Under the pieces are notes generated by a model. The model was not told the origin of the DNA. It was given only the letters and a program-made list of their open reading frames with translations, and did not search any database. The position numbers and the translations under genes are program-made. From IMG/VR virus record IMGVR_UViG_3300010157_000062, positions 1,084 through 65,083 of that record: a stretch of DNA of 64,000 nt. The stretch is one strand, 5' to 3'. The DNA is from a virus (Duplodnaviria > Caudoviricetes). Below, in pieces: positions 63,988-64,000 of this stretch (its first letter is position 1; each line of letters starts with the position of its first letter).

Positions 63988-64000
63988 TGGGTGTCCTTTC

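Noticed and set aside
1-64000. Genome-wide stop-codon reassignment
   Set aside because: Core genes are intact in the standard code and TGA terminates many genes through ATGA overlaps; only one in-frame TGA was noticed.
1-64000. Diversity-generating retroelement, integrase, introns, inteins or homing endonucleases
   Set aside because: No reverse transcriptase, recombinase, HNH/GIY-YIG or intein motifs, and no adenine-variant repeat pair, were recognised by eye.

Overview
A 64 kb segment of a large T4-like myophage genome. The host is probably a Betaproteobacterium, inferred from the tmRNA tag ANDSQFALAA and phasin-like and DUF3563-like genes. Left to right: (1) 1-30.9 kb, minus strand: late tail-fibre and baseplate module (two collagen-repeat fibres, a long coiled-coil fibre, a VrlC/DUF4815-like protein, gp8, gp7, gp6, gp25, split gp5, hub protein, gp53, gp48). 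(2) 30.9-38.4 kb, plus strand: gp4, GT4-FkbM fusion, gp2, gp54, gp26, gp51 and two paralogous tape-measure/hub-like genes, ending at a bidirectional terminator. (3) 38.4-49.7 kb, minus strand: gp32, nucleotidase, gp59, gp33, SleB-like hydrolase, outer-membrane beta-barrel, a circularly permuted tmRNA, a late two-gene island, exonuclease, PhoH, 2OG-Fe(II) oxygenase, MazG, DenV-like, glycosyltransferase and a phasin-like gene. (4) 49.7-64 kb, minus strand: small early genes behind repeated TTGCCA-N16/17-TATAAT promoters. Most notable: a predicted -1 frameshift fusing gp26 to gp51 just upstream of tape-measure-like genes (lambda G/GT-like); a two-piece tmRNA whose 40-bp 3' hairpin is exactly duplicated around a small gene; an in-frame UGA followed by a stem-loop; a five-member MNERIKEL...FGVEE cassette family; five TGTTG-N8-CAACA palindromes at a fixed distance from early promoters; and a triple DnaA box. 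Product calls rest on motif recognition and synteny; no database searches were run.
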